Shown piece by piece: positions 5,943 to 14,118 of a DNA stretch of 14,774 nt; the stretch's first letter is position 1, and each line of letters opens with the position of its first letter. Made by a program: the position numbers and the translations under genes. The stretch lies in the NCBI RefSeq assembly GCF_042661385.1, contig NZ_JBHSWD010000004.1:1-14774 (forward strand), given 5' to 3'. Origin of the DNA: Deinococcus lacus (GTDB lineage Bacteria; Deinococcota; Deinococci; Deinococcales; Deinococcaceae). The notes below the pieces were generated by a model that worked only from the letters and a program-made list of their open reading frames with translations, did not search any database and had not been told where the DNA came from.

Positions 5943-6239
5943 ATGCGAGCGATATACAGAATGTTGAAAAGGCGAGAATATCCCGGCAGAGACGGTACAC
6001 AGAAGACGGCACACAACCTGGAAGTGACGATTCCTGAGGTGGGGACGGGGGATATTTACCTTCCAGAGCACAAATACACCGAGTTTCGCGCACTCGCGTT
6101 GAGCGACGGCGATCAGATTGAACTGGACCTGGACGCTAACGTTTTTCGCGGCCAGATTAATTTCGGCGTCGCCTCCATCCGCCGCTCTGCTGTAGCTGCT
6201 CCGGCACCAGTGGCCGCTGCTGTAGGTCGTGCTGGCTAA
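5943..6239 (+). CDS. 98-aa protein in the gV position (putative ssDNA-binding protein)
   Basis: It is the first gene of the rightward operon. An SD (AAGGTGG, 5931-5937) precedes the ATG at 5943; the ORF track starts at GTG 5934. The call rests on size and position only. Confidence 0.4.
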   Translation: MRAIYRMLKRREYPGRDGTQKTAHNLEVTIPEVGTGDIYLPEHKYTEFRALALSDGDQIELDLDANVFRGQINFGVASIRRSAVAAPAPVAAAVGRAG

Positions 6240-6526
6240 TGGAAACCGAGGCGCTGCGGGCGGCTATTGAGGCCAACACTGAGCAGGTACGTCAACAGAC
6301 TGAGCAGGTCCGTCTGATGATACAGGTCCTGTTAGTGCTCCTGGTCCTCGGAGTCGCGGGATTGGGGACCCGTTTTGGAGTCCTCGCGGGTGGGGGCGCT
6401 GATGGTCGAGCAGGAAACGCTAAACGTGGTGCGCGTGCTGGCTGGCGCTATCCAAACTCTGGCGGTTGTCGCCTGTTCGGTGGCGGTGCCAGTGACGTGG
6501 TTTCGCGTAGGTCGCCGGGCGGTTAA
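6239..6526 (+). CDS. 95-aa ORF: coiled N-terminus plus one TM; the C-terminal half looks non-coding (Gly/Arg low complexity)
   Basis: A TAATG overlap links it to the upstream gene. METEALRAAIEANTEQVRQQTEQVRLMIQVLLVLLVLGVAGLG is protein-like, but the sequence after the G5 run at 6392-6396 is not. Confidence 0.4.
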   Translation: METEALRAAIEANTEQVRQQTEQVRLMIQVLLVLLVLGVAGLGTRFGVLAGGGADGRAGNAKRGARAGWRYPNSGGCRLFGGGASDVVSRRSPGG

Positions 6527-6536
6527 CTCGCTGTGA
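6402..6536 (+). CDS. 44-aa small TM protein in the +1 frame (below ORF-track cutoff)
   Basis: Hand translation gives MVEQETLNVVRVLAGAIQTLAVVACSVAVPVTWFRVGRRAVNSL. It has a hydrophobic core and a basic tail, and looks more protein-like than the overlapping frame. Confidence 0.35.
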   Translation: MVEQETLNVVRVLAGAIQTLAVVACSVAVPVTWFRVGRRAVNSL

Positions 6537-6633
6537 TCTGGGTTTGCGTCGGTTTCCTTCTCCTGCTCATGTTCGGTGGTCGTGGCTGAGGTGCGGGCGC
6601 GGAGCAGTGCGACGCGCCACGTAGAGGACATTT

Positions 6634-6732
6634 ATGGAAGAGATTCTGAAAATACTTCTACCGCTCTTAGCTGTGACTTTCGCTTCTTCCACGCTTTGCA
6701 GCGTGTTGCATCTGGTCGGCAATCATGACTGA
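6634..6732 (+). CDS. 32-aa hydrophobic protein (gVII/gIX-like minor coat candidate)
   Basis: Hand translation gives MEEILKILLPLLAVTFASSTLCSVLHLVGNHD. A GAGGA SD lies upstream, and the ORF overlaps the next ORF in the ATGACTGA context. Confidence 0.45.
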   Translation: MEEILKILLPLLAVTFASSTLCSVLHLVGNHD

Positions 6733-6865
6733 TTGGTCTGCTGCCGCTCCTGCTATGCAGGCCGCTGCTGTTCCCCTAATAGGCATGCTCGTCGCCGCTC
6801 TCGTGGTCATGGCTGCCGCATTCTGGGTCCGCGTGTTGACTGGAAATCATCAGGATGATGATTAA
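6725..6865 (+). CDS. 46-aa single-TM protein (gVII/gIX-like minor coat candidate)
   Basis: Hand translation gives MTDWSAAAPAMQAAAVPLIGMLVAALVVMAAAFWVRVLTGNHQDDD. It lies immediately upstream of the major coat gene. Confidence 0.45.
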   Translation: MTDWSAAAPAMQAAAVPLIGMLVAALVVMAAAFWVRVLTGNHQDDD

Positions 6866-6876
6866 ACGGAGACTGT

Positions 6877-7116
6877 ATGATGAAAACCACTGTTATCCGC
6901 CCTATAGCTCCCGCTCCTTCTCGCTCTGACGTGGCATTTCGTTATGCCGCGCCTCTGATTTTGCTCGCTGGCTCTACGCTGGCTGGCGCACAGGATCTGT
7001 CATTTGATGTAAGTGGCCTGCAAGGCCAAGTCATGACGATCCTTGGCGTTGGCGTGGCGATTGCTATCGCGTTTGCGCTGTTCAAGGTCGGCAAACGCGC
7101 TACTAGCCGCATGTAA
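6877..7116 (+). CDS. Major coat protein precursor (79 aa; long leader, predicted mature about 41 aa)
   Basis: The leader ends in ..LLAGSTLAGA. The predicted mature part QDLSFDVSGLQGQVMTILGVGVAIAIAFALFKVGKRATSRM has an acidic N-terminus, a hydrophobic core and 4 basic C-terminal residues. A strong terminator follows. The architecture resembles the Pf1 coat precursor. Confidence 0.75.
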   Translation: MMKTTVIRPIAPAPSRSDVAFRYAAPLILLAGSTLAGAQDLSFDVSGLQGQVMTILGVGVAIAIAFALFKVGKRATSRM

Positions 7117-7131
7117 TAGCCGCGTAGTGGT

Positions 7132-7172
7132 AGCAGGCTGCACGGTTTTATGCTGTGTAGCCTGCTTCTTTT
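7132..7172 (+). terminator. Rho-independent terminator after the major coat gene
   Basis: A 12-bp stem AGCAGGCTGCAC / GTGTAGCCTGCT (one G-T pair) has an 11-nt loop and is followed by TCTTTT. Confidence 0.7.
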
Positions 7173-7181
7173 AGGAGAAAC

Positions 7182-7307
7182 ATGGAAGAAATTGCGAAGC
7201 TGTTTCAGTTGTTTGCTATGGCTGCCGGAGTATTAGTGGTGGTCGGCATCATAGGCATAATCATCTATTTCCGCTGGCGTGCGGAAGGACAAGAGAGGGG
7301 GATGTAA
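7182..7307 (+). CDS. 41-aa single-TM protein
   Basis: An AGGAGA SD lies upstream. Hand translation gives MEEIAKLFQLFAMAAGVLVVVGIIGIIIYFRWRAEGQERGM. Confidence 0.5.
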   Translation: MEEIAKLFQLFAMAAGVLVVVGIIGIIIYFRWRAEGQERGM

Positions 7308-7441
7308 TGGACAGCATTGTGACCGCGATAACTGATATTAGTTCTCAGGCTGGACAGATTCAAACGGCCATGCTCGTTATTCTGGGCGTGATTGTTACAA
7401 TTAGTATCGCCTATAGCATCGTGAAGGGATTTAGGGCATGA
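7307..7441 (+). CDS. 44-aa leaderless coat-like protein (Pf3-coat-like architecture)
   Basis: Hand translation gives MDSIVTAITDISSQAGQIQTAMLVILGVIVTISIAYSIVKGFRA. It has an acidic N-terminus, a TM core and a basic C-terminus. It has a TAATG overlap upstream, and the gIII start ATG (7438-7440) overlaps its TGA stop (7439-7441). Confidence 0.5.
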   Translation: MDSIVTAITDISSQAGQIQTAMLVILGVIVTISIAYSIVKGFRA

Positions 7442-9122
7442 ATGCGGTGGCGCGGCGTGCTGCCGCATTTGGACTCTCCGCGCTACTGATCGGCTCTCTG
7501 CCTGCTCAGGCCCAGCCGTCTGGCGGCGGCATGGCTGGCCGTATCGCTGGCGCAGTCCGCGCGGCTGGTAGTGATGCGCTCGCCGGACTCGGCAAGGCCA
7601 CGCCGGGCAATTTAGCCGGTATGGCTGGCGGCAGGATTAATTTTCCTGCTGCTGGCAAATTTTTTGTTCGCGGGGGACTGTGGGCGTTGGCAGGTAGCCT
7701 AGTTTCGGACGCTATTAGTGATTGCATTGCTAGTAGCGAATGCCGTGGCGAGGTTGCTGACTGGTTCATGGGCCGTAATGAAACAGGGGTTGGGAATATG
7801 AGTTACCTACAGTAATTATTGAAATGAATGAATGCGGATATATTGGATATACACCTTTTGATAAGAAGCTGGCTGGTGATGCTAATAATCCTCTTATTAT
7901 TAAGTATCGTGATTATAAATATGAAGTTGTGGGGGTAGGGAAATCTAGATATGATATTCCTGTTACAGAGACTACAAAAATTGATAATTTTGTTGCAAAC
8001 TATAAAAGAGATAGGGCGATACAGTTAAATAAGGGGGTATGCGGGCGGAACAAAACTCTTTCTGAGTTGTCTCCTGGCGCAAAGTCACAGATAATAGAGG
8101 CAATAGCAAATTATATTACTAATAATCCAGAGAAAGCGCGGCCATACCTAGAAAAGCCTGTTAACGATAATGAATGGGCTGACAGTCCTTTTGAACGGCC
8201 TGATTTAGATACTGACGCTGACGGCTACACTGACGGCGATGAGGCAGGCAGCGGCAGCAATCCAGACGATCCCGATAGTGTGCCTGAAAAACCGTCCGAT
8301 AAAGATGGGGACGGTGTTCCTGACAAAGACGATGACGATGATGATAATGACGGCATTCCTGATAAGGATGACTCTGCGCCAAATGATCCCGATTCCGGCG
8401 GGCCAGACTCTGACGGAGACGGCAAATCTGACGCAGTGGATACTGATGATGACAATGACGGTATTCCGGACTCTAAGGATGATGATGATGATGATGATGG
8501 CATCCCAGATGACTGTGAAGATGCCGAGAATCCTGAAGAGTGTGCCGCTGCTGATGATGATGACGGCGATAAGCCGTGTGAAGAAGGCCAAGAAAAAGGC
8601 GAAAACGGCGAGTGTGCGCCTCCAAAAGATGATGGATGTCCAGAAGGCGAGGAAAAGGGCGAGGATGGCGAGTGCGCCGCGCCTCCTGATGATGGAGAGT
8701 GCCCTGAAGGCCAGGAGAAAGGAAAAGACGGAAAATGTGCGCCTCCTCCTCCTGGCTCCTCGCCTCCTGATGACTCGTGCGGAACATTTAGTTACAAGCG
8801 CCTGCTGGCCTATCCTGGTTCCTTTGTCAAAGACTTGTTTGTGCCTTGCGCTCCTGTAAAAGAAATGTTCACGCCATTAATTGCAGTGGCTAAAACTAAA
8901 TTTCCATTTTCTGTTGCTATGAATCTGCGCGGCTGGTTCCATGTTGGCGGCGGTGGCGGCGGAAATGGCAGCGATTTGCCTGACTCTATTGGTCCGATTC
9001 CATTAACATGGACGTTTTTAACTCCGCTCTGGACAACGATTAAAACGCTTGTTGGCGTTGCGCTTTACGCTGCTTTTGGCTACTGGCTTCTAGATCGTTT
9101 CACTCCGAGGACTCAGATATGA
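7438..9122 (+). pseudogene. Copy 2 of the gIII-like gene, frameshifted (125-aa 5' ORF 7438..7815 plus 3' remainder ending 9122)
   Basis: The G4 run at 7786-7789 corresponds to G5 at 298-302 in copy 1. Translation is identical to copy 1 on both sides of the shift. No SD precedes the internal ATG at 7824. Confidence 0.7.
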
Positions 9123-9406
9123 TTCTCTCTGCGCTGATTGAAGTTGTGAATTTGTTGATCATGGCTGCTCTGATGCTATTTCCAGAGTGGGAACCTCCTG
9201 TGGATTCGCCTAGCTGGACGGCACTTAGTGCAGCTAACATTGTTCTGCCACTAGACACCTGGTCCATGCTCATGGGCGTAACAATCGGCGTGATGGGTGC
9301 TGCTCTCGGCGTCTGGGTTATTAAATTGGCTGTCAATTTAATTAGGGGTCGGGCGCATGATTGGAAACTTACTAAAGCGCGCAGCACCAACGCACTTTGC
9401 TACTAA
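9119..9406 (+). CDS. Copy 2 gVI-like protein with altered, extended C-terminus (95 aa)
   Basis: The G4 run at 9345-9348 corresponds to G5 at 1858-1862. The ATGA coupling is lost and the ORF now overlaps the gI-like gene by 50 nt. Confidence 0.5.
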   Translation: MILSALIEVVNLLIMAALMLFPEWEPPVDSPSWTALSAANIVLPLDTWSMLMGVTIGVMGAALGVWVIKLAVNLIRGRAHDWKLTKARSTNALCY

Positions 9407-10256
9407 ATATGAGCTAGGCCATGACCGCGCCTTTCATTTGTTAGAGGCTCGGCGCGGGCGCGGGAAGTCCTACACAATGGCTTATTGGGCGCTGAAAGTT
9501 GCACGTAAGAAAGTGCCAGTTGTGGCAAACTTCCATTTTAATCATGACTGGCTGGCGCGGCAACTCGTTAAAGACAAAGTATTTAAGTCTATAGACGAAG
9601 CATTAGACTGGTGCGCTGAGAATATCCGCTTCGTTAATACTTGGGACGAAATTATGCTTTCTTATGACTGCCTAATCCTGTTGGATGAGGTCAATAGGCT
9701 CTTTGACTCTCAGGACCGCTCTAAGGATGAAAAAGCTCCAAAAGTTGTTTTTGAATGGCTGCAACTCTCGCGCCGTAATCGTATTACGCTCGTGTTTGCC
9801 GCTCAATCTATGGACTGGTTAACTCCGCGTGTCCGTCAATTGTTTGACAATCTCTGGCGTGCTAAGAAAGAGCTTTATCCAAAAGGCAGGCTACGCGGCC
9901 AAATTAAACAGTTTTGGCTGTATGGTGCTGATCCGTGGTCTAAAGGTTTAAATGCTGGCGTAGTACGCGATGCTGACTATAAAGCGACGATTCCATTTGA
10001 TGCCGCTATTTTTAGGCTTTACGACACGTTTGAGCGTATACAGGCTATTCCGAATGAGTCTAGTTTTGCTCGTTTCTACGATATTTATGAATATCAGTTA
10101 GCAAATGGGATTGTTCCGCCGCCGCCTGCTCCGCGCCCGCGTGGCCTAACTCATGCTGAGTATGAGGCGCTGTGGGAGGACTGCCACGCGCGTGTGGCCG
10201 AACCAGTGAGCGCCGTGCGCGAACAGGTGAGGCCTCGTGTGCGTGAGGTGGTATGA
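9357..10256 (+). CDS. Copy 2 Zot/pI-like ATPase
   Basis: The translation is identical to 1871..2770. Confidence 0.6.
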   Translation: MIGNLLKRAAPTHFATKYELGHDRAFHLLEARRGRGKSYTMAYWALKVARKKVPVVANFHFNHDWLARQLVKDKVFKSIDEALDWCAENIRFVNTWDEIMLSYDCLILLDEVNRLFDSQDRSKDEKAPKVVFEWLQLSRRNRITLVFAAQSMDWLTPRVRQLFDNLWRAKKELYPKGRLRGQIKQFWLYGADPWSKGLNAGVVRDADYKATIPFDAAIFRLYDTFERIQAIPNESSFARFYDIYEYQLANGIVPPPPAPRPRGLTHAEYEALWEDCHARVAEPVSAVREQVRPRVREVV

Positions 10257-10341
10257 TGTCGCCACTGAGGAATAAAAAACGTGCTCAACGGGGTGATGGC
10301 CCGGAGCACTTCCCCAGATATAGCACATCAGGAGCCTGAGT

Positions 10342-11793
10342 GTGATGGACTCAGACGCAACTGGCAGCATACGCATAGTTAACGAGGTTATAGACTCTCT
10401 GGACGTTCGCGTTTCGCGGCATATGCAACCTAGTCGCTGGATGCTGGACCAGGCGCGGGTTTGGCGTCTCTATATTGAGCAATGGGAGTCTGCGACGACT
10501 GAGCCGCTGTACTGTCAACTAGGGGAGATTGGGAGTTTCCGGCTGAAGGTCGGCGGGCGGCCACCATATGAGTTCGTGTTGTTCAATCCGCAGATTTGCG
10601 ACATCCGGATTTGGAATCCTGGCCGTTGGGATGGCAAAGCTGCTGGGCAGACTGGTCAGTTGTTTGTCTCGTTCCGCTCCGTCTTTCTCCAGCGCTACGG
10701 GCTGCACGGTGCGCGGCGCATTATCCGCGAGCTGGTGGAGTTGCTCGGCGTCTCCGATCCGGCCAACGACCACGGGCCGGAGTTTGATCGTATTTCACGG
10801 ATTGACCTGGCGGTGGATACTCAGGAGGAGCGTGGCATGCTCTGGGCCGACCTGGACGCGTTCGTCTGTCGCTCCCGCATCCTGGATACTTGGACCACGG
10901 TCACGCCGCAGGACATGACCAATATGCTAGAGCGCTCCATGCTAGAGGAGCTATTCCCGATGGACTCCGATCCGCATTTGCCGACAGTGCGTGCGCTGGC
11001 TCGTGCGGCGTCTGCCTGCATCACGGATTTCACACGTCAAGCCCTGGTGGACCTGGAACAGTATGGAGAGGCTAATCTCTCTCGTGTTGTTACCAAGAGT
11101 AGAACACCGCAAACCATTTATTTTGGCCGTTTTGGTTCAGAACTCTACGCACGCCGATATAATAAACTCGGTTCACTGGCTATACAGAATAAGCTGTATA
11201 TGTTAGAGATTTGGCAGCAAAACGGTTGGGATTGCGAGAGTCCTGTTATCCGTACTGAGTTTAGCATGTCCGGCGATTTCCTAAAAAACTATATTCTGCC
11301 AGAAACATCAACCGGCGAAAATCTAGAAATAGATGCCCGTGATCTTGATTTAATAGAAGTAAGGATACCTTATATCTGGTCCTACTTAACTAAGAAGTGG
11401 CTCCGCTTCACTGAGCCTAAAGGACAGAATGTTAAGCGCTGGAAAATTAACAGTGTTTGGGCTGAGATTCAGACCGCTTTCAGTGCTTACAAGATGCCTT
11501 TCGGCGTCCGTGATCTTTCGCGTAGTATTCCGAGAGAGGACATCCATCTAGTTAAACAATCGCGCGGCTGTAATGTGACGGTTGCGGCGCTTAGATTTGC
11601 TGCCAATCCAGCACAAAAACCAACAGACGTGCTTGCTGATCTATTTGAAAGTATGATTAATGCTATGGAGGCTGATGGTTTCCTTGAAGATGTAGAGAAC
11701 AGAATGCTAGAATTAGGCATAGATGCCTATACAGATACGTGTCTAACATCTATGTTCAGAGCTGAGAAAATGAAGGAGGGTTATGGAAGTTAA
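10342..11793 (+). CDS. Copy 2 Rep_trans-like replication initiator
   Basis: The translation is identical to 2856..4307. Confidence 0.75.
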   Translation: MMDSDATGSIRIVNEVIDSLDVRVSRHMQPSRWMLDQARVWRLYIEQWESATTEPLYCQLGEIGSFRLKVGGRPPYEFVLFNPQICDIRIWNPGRWDGKAAGQTGQLFVSFRSVFLQRYGLHGARRIIRELVELLGVSDPANDHGPEFDRISRIDLAVDTQEERGMLWADLDAFVCRSRILDTWTTVTPQDMTNMLERSMLEELFPMDSDPHLPTVRALARAASACITDFTRQALVDLEQYGEANLSRVVTKSRTPQTIYFGRFGSELYARRYNKLGSLAIQNKLYMLEIWQQNGWDCESPVIRTEFSMSGDFLKNYILPETSTGENLEIDARDLDLIEVRIPYIWSYLTKKWLRFTEPKGQNVKRWKINSVWAEIQTAFSAYKMPFGVRDLSRSIPREDIHLVKQSRGCNVTVAALRFAANPAQKPTDVLADLFESMINAMEADGFLEDVENRMLELGIDAYTDTCLTSMFRAEKMKEGYGS

Positions 11794-12019
11794 AAAGTCT
11801 AATGTGAAGAGAGGGTATTTATTTCTTGTCTTTATCTTTTTCATCGCATTACAAATAGACCGTCATAAAGTTTTGCTTAGTAACTTAATTACAGATATTT
11901 ATGATGCATATCCTGTAACTTTATCGTTACTTATTATTGTGTTGGGCATGATACTGTTTATTTCGTCTGGGAGAGTTTTCCGCCAGTATCTCAAAGATAT
12001 GCTCTATGGTGATTTGTAG
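11783..12019 (+). CDS. Copy 2 78-aa two-TM protein
   Basis: The translation is identical to 4297..4533. Confidence 0.6.
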   Translation: MEVKKSNVKRGYLFLVFIFFIALQIDRHKVLLSNLITDIYDAYPVTLSLLIIVLGMILFISSGRVFRQYLKDMLYGDL

Positions 12020-12035
12020 ATTTTTAGGGGGTTGT

Positions 12036-12239
12036 ATGCAGACACAAAATTGGATTTGTCCAGAGTGCGGTGAGTTAGTAGATTTTGTGCTAGTGCAGCG
12101 GTTTGGCGGCGGTTTCTGCGCCTATGAGTGTCCGCGTTGTACCGTTGGCTCCTCCCTCCCTGACTGGTTGGAACACAATCCCGACCAGCCACCAGGCGCT
12201 CACCCTGAGTTACGTGAACCTGGTCCATCCATTCTCTAG
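12036..12239 (+). CDS. Copy 2 zinc-ribbon-like protein
   Basis: The sequence is identical to 4550..4753. Confidence 0.5.
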   Translation: MQTQNWICPECGELVDFVLVQRFGGGFCAYECPRCTVGSSLPDWLEHNPDQPPGAHPELREPGPSIL

Positions 12240-12264
12240 GACCATTGACCATTTCCCCCCTTTT

Positions 12265-12290
12265 CCCCCTGCAGTTTCGCGGGGGTTTTT
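12265..12290 (+). terminator. Copy 2 terminator-like hairpin (C5 ... G5 then T5)
   Basis: It matches 4779..4805 with one fewer C, which makes the C/G stem arms equal in length. Confidence 0.4.
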
Positions 12291-12556
12291 GCTGTCTGGC
12301 GCGGCGCTGCCGGAGTTCCCCAGCCTGGATAACAAGGGGGTGCTAATTACCACGCCGCTCGCGTAGGCTCCTGGGTTGCTTTGACCTGGTGCATCGCTGA
12401 CAGGTGTCCAGGGCGCTAGACCTTAATCAATGCTGTCCCGTTCTCTGGTTGACGGCCTGGGCAGGCTGATTTTTGGCTAGACATTGATTAGGGGCTAGCG
12501 GGCGCACAGCGCCGGACCCTGGACGCCGTACGCAACGCTAAAATGTGCGGGCGTAG

Positions 12557-12592
12557 CCCGGAGGAGTGGCCGTTTTTTGCCAGTCCTCCGGG
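12557..12592. other. Copy 2 long intergenic hairpin
   Basis: The sequence is identical to 5072..5107. Confidence 0.55.
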
Positions 12593-12681
12593 CCTGCCCA
12601 GCGGCGAGCGTGTCTGTTCTGCCTGGCTCTGGCTGGCCTACTGTTGGCGCATGGGGGCAGCCGCTACCGTCTCCGACGTTG

Positions 12682-13019
12682 CTGGTCGCGAAGCGTCAAT
12701 TCCGGTTAGGCTTCTCCGGGCATGCAGGTGACGGGTCAAGGGTTTAGGTTGTCAAGGGTGGCCGAAGGCCAGGCCGCGAAGCGGGCCGCGAAGCGCCCTT
12801 GACAAGCCGCGAAGCGCCCTTGACGCGGCACAGACGGAGTTTTTCGCTGAGTGCGCTATCTGGTCGCGAAGCGTCAATTCCGGCTAGGCTTCTCCGGGCA
12901 TGCAGGTGACGGGTCAAGGGTTTAGGTTGTCAAGGGTGGCCGAAGGCCAGGCCGCGAAGCGGGCCGCGGAGCGCCCTTGACAAGCCGCGAAGCGCCCTTG
13001 ACGCGGCACAAACGGAGTT
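12682..13019. repeat. Copy 2 of the 178-bp-period direct duplication
   Basis: It is identical to 5197..5534, including the internal variant positions. Confidence 0.85.
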
Positions 13020-13124
13020 CTGTCGCTACTTGCGCCGCTCCATCATCCATCCAGCTCCAACAGCCACGCCGCACAGAAACGGCCAGATGCTGTCTAGGAT
13101 GCTCTGCCACAGTATCTCTAGCAT

Positions 13125-13388
13125 TTAGCGTTCTCCTGTGCTATGTTCCGAGCATAATAACCTAATATGTTTTTTATCTCGCTCAACTAGGCCCTGTTGC
13201 CGCAACTCGCGTAGGCCGTCCTTAAACGTGCCGTATGAGATGCCTACGGCGTCGGCTAGCTCCTCCTGGTTTGTGTATTCCACCTCTCCCCTGGCGATCA
13301 GAAACCAGTAGACGGCGGCGGCGCTGGGCTTCACAAATAGCAGGCTATCCCCTGCCCCCTTGTATTCTTGTAATTGGATGATTATCAT
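13125..13388 (-). CDS. Copy 2 wHTH regulator
   Basis: The translation is identical to 5640..5903. Confidence 0.6.
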   Translation of the reverse strand: MIIIQLQEYKGAGDSLLFVKPSAAAVYWFLIARGEVEYTNQEELADAVGISYGTFKDGLRELRQQGLVERDKKHIRLLCSEHSTGER

Positions 13389-13405
13389 CTAACTGGATGA
13401 TATCC
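13360..13405. promoter_or_regulatory. Copy 2 divergent promoter/operator region
   Basis: The sequence is identical to 5875..5920. Confidence 0.35.
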
Positions 13406-13427
13406 AACTAAACCAAAGGTGGTGGAA

Positions 13428-13724
13428 ATGCGAGCGATATACAGAATGTTGAAAAGGCGAGAATATCCCGGCAGAGACGGTACACAGAAGACGGCACACA
13501 ACCTGGAAGTGACGATTCCTGAGGTGGGGACGGGGGATATTTACCTTCCAGAGCACAAATACACCGAGTTTCGCGCACTCGCGTTGAGCGACGGCGATCA
13601 GATTGAACTGGACCTGGACGCTAACGTTTTTCGCGGCCAGATTAATTTCGGCGTCGCCTCCATCCGCCGCTCTGCTGTAGCTGCTCCGGCACCAGTGGCC
13701 GCTGCTGTAGGTCGTGCTGGCTAA
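13428..13724 (+). CDS. Copy 2 gV-position protein
   Basis: The sequence is identical to 5943..6239. Confidence 0.4.
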   Translation: MRAIYRMLKRREYPGRDGTQKTAHNLEVTIPEVGTGDIYLPEHKYTEFRALALSDGDQIELDLDANVFRGQINFGVASIRRSAVAAPAPVAAAVGRAG

Positions 13725-14011
13725 TGGAAACCGAGGCGCTGCGGGCGGCTATTGAGGCCAACACTGAGCAGGTACGTCAACAGACTGAGCAGGTCCGTCT
13801 GATGATACAGGTCCTGTTAGTGCTCCTGGTCCTCGGAGTCGCGGGATTGGGGACCCGTTTTGGAGTCCTCGCGGGTGGGGGCGCTGATGGTCGAGCAGGA
13901 AACGCTAAACGTGGTGCGCGTGCTGGCTGGCGCTATCCAAACTCTGGCGGTTGTCGCCTGTTCGGTGGCGGTGCCAGTGACGTGGTTTCGCGTAGGTCGC
14001 CGGGCGGTTAA
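13724..14011 (+). CDS. Copy 2 95-aa ORF
   Basis: The sequence is identical to 6239..6526. Confidence 0.4.
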   Translation: METEALRAAIEANTEQVRQQTEQVRLMIQVLLVLLVLGVAGLGTRFGVLAGGGADGRAGNAKRGARAGWRYPNSGGCRLFGGGASDVVSRRSPGG

Positions 14012-14021
14012 CTCGCTGTGA
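13887..14021 (+). CDS. Copy 2 44-aa +1-frame TM ORF
   Basis: The sequence is identical to 6402..6536. Confidence 0.35.
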   Translation: MVEQETLNVVRVLAGAIQTLAVVACSVAVPVTWFRVGRRAVNSL

Positions 14022-14118
14022 TCTGGGTTTGCGTCGGTTTCCTTCTCCTGCTCATGTTCGGTGGTCGTGGCTGAGGTGCGGGCGCGGAGCAGTGCGACGC
14101 GCCACGTAGAGGACATTT

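Noticed and set aside
6332-6631. 99-aa minus-strand ORF antisense to the small-protein cluster.
   Set aside because: No SD or promoter context is present. It lies opposite a tightly coupled + strand operon and is rich in Thr/Arg/Ser.
7824-9122. The 432-aa ORF in copy 2, considered as an independent gene beginning at the internal Met.
   Set aside because: No SD lies upstream (cagtaattattgaaATG). The sequence is collinear and identical with the interior of the intact copy-1 gene, so it is the 3' part of a frameshifted gene rather than a separate CDS.
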